DNA of 64,000 nt from a virus (IMGVR_UViG_3300041956_000313:1-64000), one strand, 5' to 3'. Shown: positions 26,601 to 35,563, numbered from the stretch's first letter. Made by a program: numbers and translations. The notes: a model not told the origin generated them from the letters alone.

Positions 26601-27014
26601 ATGATTAAGTTGCCCATGCATCTAGCGCGTGAGCCAGAAGTGCCGTACGAAGGCAAACTCAGTGCGCCGCTGAGCCGTGCACAAGAGGTGCGCACAGTAC
26701 GCTACTTGCACGAGTTTTGGCGTAAAGAGTACGTGTGGGACTTTCCTTCTATTGAGGACAAGCGAGTGAAAGAGAACGCGAAGCAGTGTGGCAGATGCAT
26801 GTTCTACGAAATCAAGATCGGCGGAGCGACGTGCACGAATGCAACCGTGAACGCGAAGTGGCCGCCGTTTCTTGCCGAGGGTGAGTTCATTACCTGCATC
26901 ACCGAACGCGGTGACATCGCCCGGCCGTGCGGCACGCAGGGCAAGTTGTTCGTGGCAGCGGATGCCGAGACGATGAAGAGCCGCACCAGCAATTACTTCA
27001 GGCCGCCTCGATGA
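26601..27014 (+). CDS. Cys-containing hypothetical protein
   Basis: CGRCMFY..C..CITER..CG..GKLF. Confidence 0.6.
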   Translation: MIKLPMHLAREPEVPYEGKLSAPLSRAQEVRTVRYLHEFWRKEYVWDFPSIEDKRVKENAKQCGRCMFYEIKIGGATCTNATVNAKWPPFLAEGEFITCITERGDIARPCGTQGKLFVAADAETMKSRTSNYFRPPR

Positions 27015-27643
27015 GATGTGCAGACGGCTGCACGTTCGTAGGACATCACTGCTTCAGCCGTCTTTATCCTGACATCGTGCTGAAGCCGGACTTTTGCATC
27101 AACTGCGGTGAGCCGCGCGCGAGGAAGAACATGAAGACTGCATTGATCGAGTGCGAGACGAAAGAGGAACTCATCGACGCGTGGCTGCGCCGCTGGGTCG
27201 ACATGTCCGGCTACTGCCCGAAGAATCAATGCTGCGGCATTGTCGATGTGGGTGGATCGGTGCACGACATGACGTGCATCACGTGTGGGCAGCCGGTGAT
27301 GCGCGACGAGAACAACCACACGCAACTCGCAGCCTGTCCCGAGTGCAAGCTCGGGCACGTCGACGGTGTGCTGATGCATGCACCGACCTGCAAGCGCATA
27401 GGCTTGCTGGTAGGCATTCACTGCAACGACACGTCAGTCACTCGCCGCGTCGACATTCAGACTTACATCTGGATAGAGTCCGATGGCAAGCATGAGTGGC
27501 GCAGGGCGGTACTAGAGCGCGTGCCGCTGGGCGGCATTGTCTGTCATCCGGAGCTCGGTGAGGACGAGGTGCTCTGTCGCAGAGACGACGGTACCCGCTG
27601 CATCGTGCCGGCGCACAAGCTCGAAAAGGTCGCACAGCAGTGA
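27011..27643 (+). CDS. Cys-rich hypothetical protein
   Basis: several CxxC pairs; ATGA coupling. Confidence 0.55.
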   Translation: MRCADGCTFVGHHCFSRLYPDIVLKPDFCINCGEPRARKNMKTALIECETKEELIDAWLRRWVDMSGYCPKNQCCGIVDVGGSVHDMTCITCGQPVMRDENNHTQLAACPECKLGHVDGVLMHAPTCKRIGLLVGIHCNDTSVTRRVDIQTYIWIESDGKHEWRRAVLERVPLGGIVCHPELGEDEVLCRRDDGTRCIVPAHKLEKVAQQ

Positions 27644-28047
27644 GCGAGTCGTACACCTGCAGCAACTGCAACGGCTTCTTTACCAAAACGCGCTCGGATG
27701 CAGAAGCGCGCGCCGAGCAGCACGAGAAGTTTCCGCAGGCACGTGATGAAGACTGTGAACTCGTCTGCGACGCCTGTTTCAAGATCATCGCGTGTGAAGA
27801 TGACAAGCTGCACGTCACGTTCATCGACGGCAAGCCGCACATGTGGATGCTCGTCGACGGCAGGCCGACCTGGCGCGAGTGCTATATCTTTGAGGTTAGC
27901 TTGCCGTGGGGCACGATACTCGTCCGCCCACCTGAGCCGATACTTGCGGAGAATGAGCAGCTCGTCTATCTCGACGGCAAGCAGATGCCCATCATCGTGT
28001 CATCCGTACAGATGCAGCGCACGGTTCCTAAACTCACTAAAACCTGA
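27640..28047 (+). CDS. Zn-finger hypothetical protein
   Basis: YTCSNC..VCDACF. Confidence 0.6.
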   Translation: MSESYTCSNCNGFFTKTRSDAEARAEQHEKFPQARDEDCELVCDACFKIIACEDDKLHVTFIDGKPHMWMLVDGRPTWRECYIFEVSLPWGTILVRPPEPILAENEQLVYLDGKQMPIIVSSVQMQRTVPKLTKT

Positions 28048-28057
28048 GGAGTGGTTC

Positions 28058-29188
28058 ATGGCTCGATTCTTAGACTGGATACTAGGCAGTTGGAAACGCT
28101 TTGCGGTGCTGATGTTGATATTGGTGTCTATTGCTGTCACGTCTGCAGTGTTCGCAGCGAATCTCACGGGCACATACTCGGCCTCGAACACACCGAAGTC
28201 GAATGAAGGGCCGGCGCAAGCATTCGACGGCAACACGAACACGAAGTGGCTGGGCGGTGTCACCGCGAGCACGTGGCTGCAGGTGCAGCTCGCGAGTCCG
28301 GCCGCGGTCTCGGCCTACAGCATCACGAGTGCCAACGATGCGCCGGAGCGTGATCCGAAGAACGTCGTGCTCGAAGGCTCGAATGACGGCACGGTCTGGC
28401 AAGCTATCAACACGCGCACGTTTGCCTTCACTGCACGCTTTCAGAAGATGACACAGACGTTCACGCAACCTAGCCAGAGCTACACGCGCTATCGCTTGCG
28501 CATCGTCGCGAACAACGGCAGCCGCGAGGTAATTGCCTCCGGCACTACCGGACTCGTGCAGTTGTCCGAGTTCGAGCTCGTGAAGGCAGAGACACCGACG
28601 ATACCGACGCCGAACCCGCCGACTGATCCGGTGTATTCCGGCAGCCGACAGGTAAACTGGACGCCGCCGATGCAGAACACGGACGGCACGCCGGCAGTCG
28701 TCTCGGGCTTCAAGGTGTACTACGGTGAAGGCTCACCGGACAACATCAACCGTGTCGTCACTGTGCCCAATCCGGCTGCGACGTCGACGGTGATCGGTGA
28801 CTTGACGAACGGTACGTGGTACTTTCGCGTGACGGTCTACACGACCGTCACAGTGAACGGTGCAACGGTCACCTCCGAGAGCATGCCCTCTCAAGTCGTG
28901 AGTGGTGTAGTCACCGGTTCCGTCGTCGTCAATCCGACTCCGCCCACCGGACCGAAAGTGGTAGCGGTCGTCGACGGGCTCAACATGTCACCGGTGTACG
29001 GCATCAGCTCTGCGGGCGCACGGCAGGAAACGGTACTCGGCTTCGTACCAATTGGTAAGCTCTGCACCGGCAGTCCGGTCTTCACGTACCGCGGCCGCTC
29101 GTACTACCGCTACAACGTCACGGCAGACGTCGTGCCGTGGCAGAGTACGGTCACACAGAACTCTGCGGTGGCTTGCGCTGCTGAGTGA
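28058..29188 (+). CDS. secreted protein: signal peptide + F5/8-type C (discoidin/CBM32-like) domain + FN3 domain
   Basis: GAGGAG RBS; signal ..AVTSAVFA; EGPAQAFDGNTNTKW, YSITSANDAPERDPK..LEGSNDG, QLSE; FN3 WTPP.QNTDG..GFKVYYG..LTNGTWYFRV. Confidence 0.85.
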   Translation: MARFLDWILGSWKRFAVLMLILVSIAVTSAVFAANLTGTYSASNTPKSNEGPAQAFDGNTNTKWLGGVTASTWLQVQLASPAAVSAYSITSANDAPERDPKNVVLEGSNDGTVWQAINTRTFAFTARFQKMTQTFTQPSQSYTRYRLRIVANNGSREVIASGTTGLVQLSEFELVKAETPTIPTPNPPTDPVYSGSRQVNWTPPMQNTDGTPAVVSGFKVYYGEGSPDNINRVVTVPNPAATSTVIGDLTNGTWYFRVTVYTTVTVNGATVTSESMPSQVVSGVVTGSVVVNPTPPTGPKVVAVVDGLNMSPVYGISSAGARQETVLGFVPIGKLCTGSPVFTYRGRSYYRYNVTADVVPWQSTVTQNSAVACAAE

Positions 29189-29194
29189 CGGATT

Positions 29195-29352
29195 CCGGAC
29201 TTCGTGTCTGCTCGTGTCTCCCACCTTCGGCATTCTTTGAGTGCCGTTGTTCTTGCAGACACGGAGTCCGGTGCTGAAGGTCCCGGCCCCGCTCGTCGGG
29301 TCTGACGCTAGTTTCTAGGACTGAAGCTAGAGTCGAAGCGAGCGGGGCTGGG
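29195..29352 (+). ncRNA. candidate structured RNA (two long stems with inner hairpins)
   Basis: 17-bp stem 29195-29211/29255-29271 and 14-bp stem 29282-29295/29339-29352; the only non-WC pairs are G-U. Confidence 0.55.
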
Positions 29353-29473
29353 TTTGATTCTCGTACGACCGCACACCAGAGTCTGTGAGCGACGATCGTA
29401 CTCCCACCCCATGCGAGCCCCGTCCGTATATCTGATCGGACGAACCAACACAGCAGATAACGAGGTAATTGAT

Positions 29474-29755
29474 ATGCCGAAACCGGTCGAGTTCAAGGAG
29501 CCGTCGTTCAGAGAACGTCTCATCCAGAAGAAAGAGCGTGGTTATCGGCAATACAACGCGCGCTATGCCCGCGGCTACAAGAAGGCACGGCAGCAGCGTG
29601 TGCGCCGGCATGATCGGCCGCAGGGCGGACCGTACAAAGTACGACTGGTGACGCGCAAAGAGGCTGCGCTCTTTCGCTCACTGTCGTACATCGACGTGCC
29701 GCTGACCGACTCGAAGCGCTCTTTCCTCGACATCTTCCGGAGCTCGCCACGATGA
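29474..29755 (+). CDS. basic hypothetical protein
   Basis: GAGGT RBS. Confidence 0.55.
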   Translation: MPKPVEFKEPSFRERLIQKKERGYRQYNARYARGYKKARQQRVRRHDRPQGGPYKVRLVTRKEAALFRSLSYIDVPLTDSKRSFLDIFRSSPR

Positions 29756-29988
29756 GTAAGCAGCCGATGCGCGTGATGATCGGGCCGGGGCAGACTCTCG
29801 AAGTCAGCCTCTGTGACGAGTCTGGCGAGGAAATCGACGGCACGATTGAGGTGAAGTTCGGTGCGCAAGCACTCACCGTCGAGACGACCCGGCCGGACTC
29901 GTTCGGCCGCAAGGGAATCTTGTATGAGGAAAAGTTTGGAAAGGTCGGCAAGAACATGCGGCCGCTGATCAAGAGTAAGAGGAGCTGA
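29752..29988 (+). CDS. hypothetical protein
   Basis: ATGA coupling. Confidence 0.6.
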   Translation: MSKQPMRVMIGPGQTLEVSLCDESGEEIDGTIEVKFGAQALTVETTRPDSFGRKGILYEEKFGKVGKNMRPLIKSKRS

Positions 29989-29990
29989 CA

Positions 29991-30422
29991 ATGCCGATGA
30001 AGATCGGTTTCACAGGCACACGAGTCGGCATGACGCCGAAGCAGGAGAAGGAAATAGCACACCTGCTGCGAGCTCAGTCAGAGCTGCACCACGGTGACTG
30101 CAGCGGTGCCGACTATCAGGCGCATCTCATTGCTCTGCGCTTGAACGTGCCGAAGATCGTCATCCACCCGCCGACTGATGACAAGCTGCGTGCTCACTGC
30201 GAGCGCTACAAAGTCGAGAACACTTCGGTAGTGGTGAAACCGGCCGCGGATTTTCTCGTGCGCGATAAGGACATCGTGCTGGCATGTGAGATGCTCATCG
30301 CTGCACCGTCGACGTTCAAAGAGAAGCGTCGTTCAGGCACGTGGACGACACTGCGCTATGCACGTGAGGCCGGCTGTCCGTGGGTGCTCGTATATCCGGA
30401 CGGACGCACGGCACATTCATAG
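29991..30422 (+). CDS. SLOG-superfamily (DprA/YspA-like) protein
   Basis: KIGFTGTR, HHGDCSGAD, RDKDIV, RSGTWTTLRYA. Confidence 0.75.
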   Translation: MPMKIGFTGTRVGMTPKQEKEIAHLLRAQSELHHGDCSGADYQAHLIALRLNVPKIVIHPPTDDKLRAHCERYKVENTSVVVKPAADFLVRDKDIVLACEMLIAAPSTFKEKRRSGTWTTLRYAREAGCPWVLVYPDGRTAHS

Positions 30423-30430
30423 GAGGAGAG

Positions 30431-31477
30431 ATGACGACGATGCCCAGCGGATTCGCCGCACATCAGTGTGATTCGAAGGGACCGTGGCAGACGAAGCGTT
30501 ACTGGATAGACGGCAGCTTCGCTTTCACGAATCATGCTACTTGTTCGGTGTGCGGCGCGCCCATGCCGAACCTCACGACCTACTTGACAGGAAAAACAAT
30601 GCCCACGATACAGAACGACCCCGACAACTCGAAGTATCCGCACATCGCTTCGAACGGTGACCCAGTCATCGACATCTTGATGGACTTGATAGTCAAGCTG
30701 CGCATGCGTTCTGATGAGCAGATGCGTGACAAGATCGAGCTGAAGAACGCGCTGACCGACCTGAACACGGCTCTGGAAGATGCCAAGAAGCTGCTCACAC
30801 AGCGTGACGAAGCGCGGCAGACTGCCACGATGTGGGAGAAGTCCGCAACTCAGTACTACAACACCTATGTCGAATACCAGAATCGTCTCAAGGCGATCGG
30901 TGAAGCGATCGGTGAAGAGGCCTATACGTGTGATGACGGCACACGTGTGCCTATCAGTGAAGGACCGTTGCTCGGCAAAGTCACCGAGCTTGCTGTCAAG
31001 CGCATCAAGGCACTGCACATGTTCACGTCGAATCGTGATCCGCTCGACTTTGCGTTTGATGTCATCAGGCGCGAACTCGAAACGGATGAGAAGAAGCGCG
31101 CGATGCTACTGGCTCAGTTGCGACAGTGGTTCATGCCGCTGGCTAGCAAGTACATTGGTGCCTGTGCACGTTGGGCCAGTGCGTGTGAGGGCCGCGTCTC
31201 GGAGTCCGCTGTCGACAGCGGTGGGCATGTAATGTGGCCGCTGACGGCGGAAGCTGAGCACATCCGTGACAAGGGCGTTGCGGAGCTGCTGACTATTCTG
31301 TTCAATTTTCAGAGTGATGCTGTGTCATCTCAGTCGAGCTGTGACAGCCAGAGCACACCACCTGCTCATCGACCTGAGTGGACTGACTGGCTCAGAGACG
31401 CAATCGTGCGTGATGTGTCTGAGCGCGTCAGGCGAGCTCTAGATCGCGACTCGGCAGCCAAGACGCCGAAGCGGTAA
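30431..31477 (+). CDS. hypothetical coiled-coil protein
   Basis: AGGAGG RBS; possible internal start at 30599. Confidence 0.6.
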   Translation: MTTMPSGFAAHQCDSKGPWQTKRYWIDGSFAFTNHATCSVCGAPMPNLTTYLTGKTMPTIQNDPDNSKYPHIASNGDPVIDILMDLIVKLRMRSDEQMRDKIELKNALTDLNTALEDAKKLLTQRDEARQTATMWEKSATQYYNTYVEYQNRLKAIGEAIGEEAYTCDDGTRVPISEGPLLGKVTELAVKRIKALHMFTSNRDPLDFAFDVIRRELETDEKKRAMLLAQLRQWFMPLASKYIGACARWASACEGRVSESAVDSGGHVMWPLTAEAEHIRDKGVAELLTILFNFQSDAVSSQSSCDSQSTPPAHRPEWTDWLRDAIVRDVSERVRRALDRDSAAKTPKR

Positions 31478-31725
31478 TGACTAAATCCGAGCGAGAGCAA
31501 CTCAAGAAGGAGCGAGCTCTCGCTCGGATGATCTTTGGTCACAAGAACGTAGGGAAGCGGCAAACCGAAAGCATCAACGCTCGTTGTGAAGCACCGCGTG
31601 ACATTGAGGTGTTGCGTACAGTTGTTGACATGAACGGCGGCAACGCTTTTCTCGCGGCTGCATTCGGACAAATCAACGGTGAGGAATACTTGCTCATAAC
31701 CAGTGCAGCAGACACAGAGGAGTGA
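31477..31725 (+). CDS. hypothetical protein
   Basis: TAATG coupling. Confidence 0.55.
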   Translation: MTKSEREQLKKERALARMIFGHKNVGKRQTESINARCEAPRDIEVLRTVVDMNGGNAFLAAAFGQINGEEYLLITSAADTEE

Positions 31726-31861
31726 CGATTGCAGACGAGGAGCAGGGGTACGTGGTGCGCTATGTCGATGAGTCTGCTGTCGTCAAGGGACAACGGCTTA
31801 AGTGCTGGCCGACCGAAATTTTGCGCGGCAAAGTCGAAATCATCGACCCGGAGAAGAAGTC

Positions 31862-32128
31862 ATGAAAACAATTCCTGTTTTGGTGCTTGCGAGCATCGTT
31901 GACCCGAACGTCACAGACCCCGAGCATGAGCTGACTGTGCCGGTAGTGCATCTCGTGCGCGGTGCGCGTACCGGCAAGGCCGCACGGGTCACGCACACGA
32001 TTGCCATCTGCGGCCGCAAGAAGAGTGCTAACCGCATCTGGAAGGCAGAAGCAGAGTACACCCGAGACACGTACGATGACGTGACGTGTGACCGCTGCAA
32101 AGAGCGCGGCCCACGCGTGCGGCTCTGA
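31862..32128 (+). CDS. hypothetical protein
   Basis: H..AICG..VTCDRC Zn-binding pattern. Confidence 0.55.
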   Translation: MKTIPVLVLASIVDPNVTDPEHELTVPVVHLVRGARTGKAARVTHTIAICGRKKSANRIWKAEAEYTRDTYDDVTCDRCKERGPRVRL

Positions 32129-32328
32129 TGAACAAGGCACTGCTCGGAGCGATGCGCAAAGGCGCACGCGCTGCGACCCTCAATCAGCCGCGTGAAGCTC
32201 CGTACGGGGACATCCGTCAGTATGACGGCAAGCTCACGTGGTCACGAGCTTTCATCGTAGCGTGGCTAAACGGCTATGACGAAATCATGAAGCAGCGTGC
32301 AGCCAAGAAGCGGAGGGCAAAGAAGTGA
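32128..32328 (+). CDS. ribosome modulation factor (Rmf/CrpP)-like small protein
   Basis: AMRKGARAA..PREAPY...AWLNGY parallels RMF RGYQAG..CPY..WLGGW. Confidence 0.5.
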   Translation: MNKALLGAMRKGARAATLNQPREAPYGDIRQYDGKLTWSRAFIVAWLNGYDEIMKQRAAKKRRAKK

Positions 32329-32666
32329 ACGAGAAATTAGCGAAAATCGGCCGGCTGGCACTCCGTGTCGAGAACGAACGCTGGGTAGCGTACTACGCGC
32401 TCGAAGGCACGATGAAGGGCGCCGTCTGGCTAGGCGCGATCAAACTTAGCGCAGTCAGTGAGGGCATCAAGGGCGGCAAAGAGCGAGGTCTAGCGTTCCG
32501 TACGCTCATGCAAGAGCTCGTGGCCGATATTCTCGAAGAGCAGCTAGGTGTGCGGCCGTCGTGGCCCGACCAACCTAAGCCCGCCCCGGAGCACGAACGT
32601 GGCGCAGCGGGCGCCACAGAAGGTATTACGCGTCATGCCGGCATCACCGGATTAGACGAGCACTGA
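32325..32666 (+). CDS. hypothetical protein
   Basis: GGAGG RBS, GTGA coupling. Confidence 0.65.
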   Translation: MNEKLAKIGRLALRVENERWVAYYALEGTMKGAVWLGAIKLSAVSEGIKGGKERGLAFRTLMQELVADILEEQLGVRPSWPDQPKPAPEHERGAAGATEGITRHAGITGLDEH

Positions 32667-32708
32667 CGCACTCGCATATCATCCTTTTTGATTCACAGGA
32701 GACTGACG

Positions 32709-32933
32709 ATGCCAACACCCGAAGAAGTTCAAGCCGAGATTCAAGCTGCGCGCACGACGTTCATCGACAACGTGCTCGCGGCCGTAGGTGCGACCGTGCC
32801 TGCAGAGTCGGTGTCTGCTCTGCGTTCGTTCGTGAACGGGCTGATAACAGAAGGCACGGATCACGACGCGGCAGTGATCCGCACGCGCGAGTTCCTGAGT
32901 AGCCCTGCCATGCGACCTGACTCACCGTACTGA
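32709..32933 (+). CDS. hypothetical protein
   Basis: ACAGGAG RBS. Confidence 0.6.
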   Translation: MPTPEEVQAEIQAARTTFIDNVLAAVGATVPAESVSALRSFVNGLITEGTDHDAAVIRTREFLSSPAMRPDSPY

Positions 32934-32939
32934 GTTCCG

Positions 32940-33153
32940 CTCCGCTGCCTCAACTGTGTTACTCGGACTGCGTGCACGTGTCACGAGTATCCGACCGAGG
33001 CAGCGGAGTCGGAGCAATCCGAGTTCTGTTCTCGTCACTGGTGTCAAGTGGGCATCAACGTGATGGTCAACGCTTCCGATTTTCCCACTTTCCCGGAGCG
33101 GTGCGCCGAACTGGCAGACGGAGGGCTTCAGCGTTGCCGGTGACGAGGGCAGA
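32940..33153 (+). ncRNA. candidate structured RNA / 5' leader
   Basis: perfect 12-bp stem 32940-32951/32997-33008 and 18-bp stem 33025-33042/33136-33153 with four G-U pairs. Confidence 0.55.
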
Positions 33154-33187
33154 CGATTTCGCTTGTTTCAACTGAGGAGGAGTCGAG

Positions 33188-33868
33188 ATGAAAAAGTTTC
33201 TGTTGAGTGACGCCTTTCTGGCACGAGCAGTGATTTTCGTTTTGCTGCTGATGGCCGTGATTCTGTTCGTGCCCGAGAGTGAAGCACAGACGCCGACACC
33301 GACGACACTGAGCATGTGCCCGACGGCTACGGTGGGCACGCCGAAGAGTGCATGCAGCTCACCGAAGTGCATGACGCCGAAGACAAATGACGACATCGTG
33401 CTTACGACTATTGGCGGACTGCAGCGCTGGCAGAAGTGGTCGACGATTCCGCCGACGGGTGAAGTGCGCATCTGCTCGACGACGTCGACGGCGCAGACAT
33501 GGACGACGCGTGACAAGGTGAACATCACACCTCCGCCCGGTGACATTCCGTCTGTAGGCGCAAGTCCGACGTCATTTGCGTGGACGCAGCCGACGACAGG
33601 TGACGTGCTCGGATACAAGCTCTATATGGGCACGAAATCAGGTAGTTACTCCGCTCCGGTAGACCTGGGCAAAGTGCAGCGTTATGAGCCAACCGGACTG
33701 ACACCGGGGCCGTGGTTCTTTGCTGTCACTGCGTATAATGCAGAGAAGACGGAGGGACCGTTGTCGGCCGAGCTCAGCATCGTCATCGACCCTCCGAAGC
33801 AACCGGAGCCCGAGAGGGCGATTTACTGCACTTCATCCGGCCGCACGGCGACCTGTGAGGTGCGCTAG
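33188..33868 (+). CDS. secreted protein with FN3 domain
   Basis: signal peptide ending ESEA-Q; FAWTQP..GYKLYMG..SGSY..GLTPGPWFFAVTAYN..EG.LS.E. Confidence 0.8.
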   Translation: MKKFLLSDAFLARAVIFVLLLMAVILFVPESEAQTPTPTTLSMCPTATVGTPKSACSSPKCMTPKTNDDIVLTTIGGLQRWQKWSTIPPTGEVRICSTTSTAQTWTTRDKVNITPPPGDIPSVGASPTSFAWTQPTTGDVLGYKLYMGTKSGSYSAPVDLGKVQRYEPTGLTPGPWFFAVTAYNAEKTEGPLSAELSIVIDPPKQPEPERAIYCTSSGRTATCEVR

Positions 33869-33877
33869 GAGCGTGTC

Positions 33878-34321
33878 ATGCGTCAGCTCATTGACGCGGA
33901 GTGGACGACGGTCCGAGCGGCCGTCGTCTTTCTCGCGTTCTGCGGAGGTGTAGCGGTTTACAAGACTGAGTTTGTCGATTCTCTGAACATCAGCCGGTGC
34001 AAGGATGCGGGCTTCGATCACTTCGACCCTGACACACGGACGTGCTACATCATTACCTACGACTATGTTTGGGACGTTGCGACGATGTACACCGTCGGGC
34101 ACACGGACCTGCGCGCCGATCGTGTGCGCAAGCGACTCAAAGAGCTGCGCTATGAGCCGCGCGTCTCACCGGCGATGTATGAACGCCTCAGGCGTATAGC
34201 TGATCGAGATGAGCGCAGCAGACTGATGGCAGACTACATAGCAGCAAGGAGAGAACGTGAAATCAGTAATTCTCTTAGCGATGGCACTCGCGCTGACGGC
34301 GTGCAAGACGGCGGATCATGA
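33878..34321 (+). CDS. hypothetical protein with N-terminal TM segment
   Basis: AGGAG RBS; AAVVFLAFCGGVAVY. Confidence 0.55.
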   Translation: MRQLIDAEWTTVRAAVVFLAFCGGVAVYKTEFVDSLNISRCKDAGFDHFDPDTRTCYIITYDYVWDVATMYTVGHTDLRADRVRKRLKELRYEPRVSPAMYERLRRIADRDERSRLMADYIAARREREISNSLSDGTRADGVQDGGS

Positions 34322-34409
34322 CAAGCGGGCACGCTATCCGGTGTATTACCTCTGCAAAGATGACAACGGCGTGCAGCCGTGTGACACGGTCAAGCCGGTA
34401 CCGCAATGA
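34257..34409 (+). CDS. small lipoprotein (50 aa, absent from the ORF track)
   Basis: AAGGAG RBS; MKSVILLAMALALTAC lipobox; ATGA-coupled to the next gene. Confidence 0.65.
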   Translation: MKSVILLAMALALTACKTADHDKRARYPVYYLCKDDNGVQPCDTVKPVPQ

Positions 34410-34897
34410 GACGTGAGTGCGCAGAGACCAGAGACGGTCGTTACCGCTGGGTGCTCGAAATCATCTGGCGGAACGATCTTCCAAAGGTCGTGTTCGTCAT
34501 GCTGAATCCGTCGACAGCGAACCGGCACAAAGACGATGCGACGTCGCGCAAGTGCACCACGCTTGCCGATCGTTGGGGCTATGGTGGTGCCGTGCTCGTG
34601 AATCTGTTCGGCCGGCGCGCTACTTCACCGCGACTCATGAAGGCGTACGGTCCGGCGGCATGTGGTGACATGAACGACGTGTGGCTAGACATCGTTTGGG
34701 AGCGGCATCCGAACGACATCATTGTGGCATGGGGCAATCACGGCACGTTCAGAGACCGTGACCGCAAAGTGCTCAAGATGATGCGTGATCGCGGGCTCAC
34801 GGCTCGCTGCCTCGGCATCAACAAGAACGGCACGCCGATGCACCCTCTGCTCGTCGAGCACGCGCGCAAGCCGCAAGTCTATCAGTGGCCCGTATAG
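34406..34897 (+). CDS. DUF1643-family protein
   Basis: FVMLNPSTA..DDAT, VNLF..RATSP, IVAWG, G.P.HPL. Confidence 0.85.
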   Translation: MRRECAETRDGRYRWVLEIIWRNDLPKVVFVMLNPSTANRHKDDATSRKCTTLADRWGYGGAVLVNLFGRRATSPRLMKAYGPAACGDMNDVWLDIVWERHPNDIIVAWGNHGTFRDRDRKVLKMMRDRGLTARCLGINKNGTPMHPLLVEHARKPQVYQWPV

Positions 34898-34916
34898 CTC
34901 TACACGGAGGTAAACG

Positions 34917-35342
34917 ATGAACATGAATAGAACTATAGAAATCGTGCGCACTCGCGGCCGTCGCTTGATGCTGCAGAACTCGGAGCGTTTCGGGTACGTG
35001 ACGAGAGAAGATATTTTGCGGTTCGCACAGGAAGGCAGATACGTTCGTGTGACGGATCGTGCCACAGGCGCTGACATCACGAACAATGTGCTGCTGCAGG
35101 CGATGTCATTGTCCGTGCTGGCCGACGAGTTCGACACGAAGCTTCTGCACGAGATCATTCGCAAGAGCCCAAAAGCTCTTGCGTTGGTGGCTGGCACAGC
35201 AGGCAAGCATGTGCGGCCGGTTGAAGAGAGGCAAATACAAGCGATAGGAGATTGCACTAATGCTGATACTGACACGCAGGACGGGCGAGACGGTGATGAT
35301 AGGCAACGAGGTCACCTTGACAGTGCTGGGAGTCAAGGGTAA
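34917..35342 (+). CDS. PhaR-like (PHA synthesis repressor) DNA-binding domain protein
   Basis: RRL..YVTREDI...[21 protein letters not shown] matches the PhaR pattern NRRLY..YITL.D....G..F.V.D..TGED.T..LLQ. Confidence 0.7.
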   Translation: MNMNRTIEIVRTRGRRLMLQNSERFGYVTREDILRFAQEGRYVRVTDRATGADITNNVLLQAMSLSVLADEFDTKLLHEIIRKSPKALALVAGTAGKHVRPVEERQIQAIGDCTNADTDTQDGRDGDDRQRGHLDSAGSQG

Positions 35343-35493
35343 TCAGGTGCGCATCGGCATCAATGCGCCGAAGTCGGTGCCCGTGCATCGTGAGGAGATT
35401 TACGAGCGCATTCAGCGCGAGCTGGCGGGCGATGTGAACGGCAACAGACAGGAGGAACCGTGCCAGGTCAAACGACCTGAGTTTACTCGCTAG
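35260..35493 (+). CDS. csrA: carbon storage regulator CsrA/RsmA
   Basis: [43 protein letters not shown]. Confidence 0.97.
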   Translation: MLILTRRTGETVMIGNEVTLTVLGVKGNQVRIGINAPKSVPVHREEIYERIQRELAGDVNGNRQEEPCQVKRPEFTR

Positions 35494-35563
35494 AGGTCAA
35501 TCGAGTCTGAAACACGGACGGCCGAGACAGCATAGTCTTCTCGGCCGTCTTGCTGACAGGAGA

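Noticed and set aside
27698-28057. N-terminal 120 aa of the 496-aa ORF
   Set aside because: Overlaps 27640-28047 out of frame; the RBS and signal peptide place the start at 28058
33092-33135. tRNA gene
   Set aside because: Only a D-arm-like stretch; no T-arm (GTTCRA) or acceptor stem
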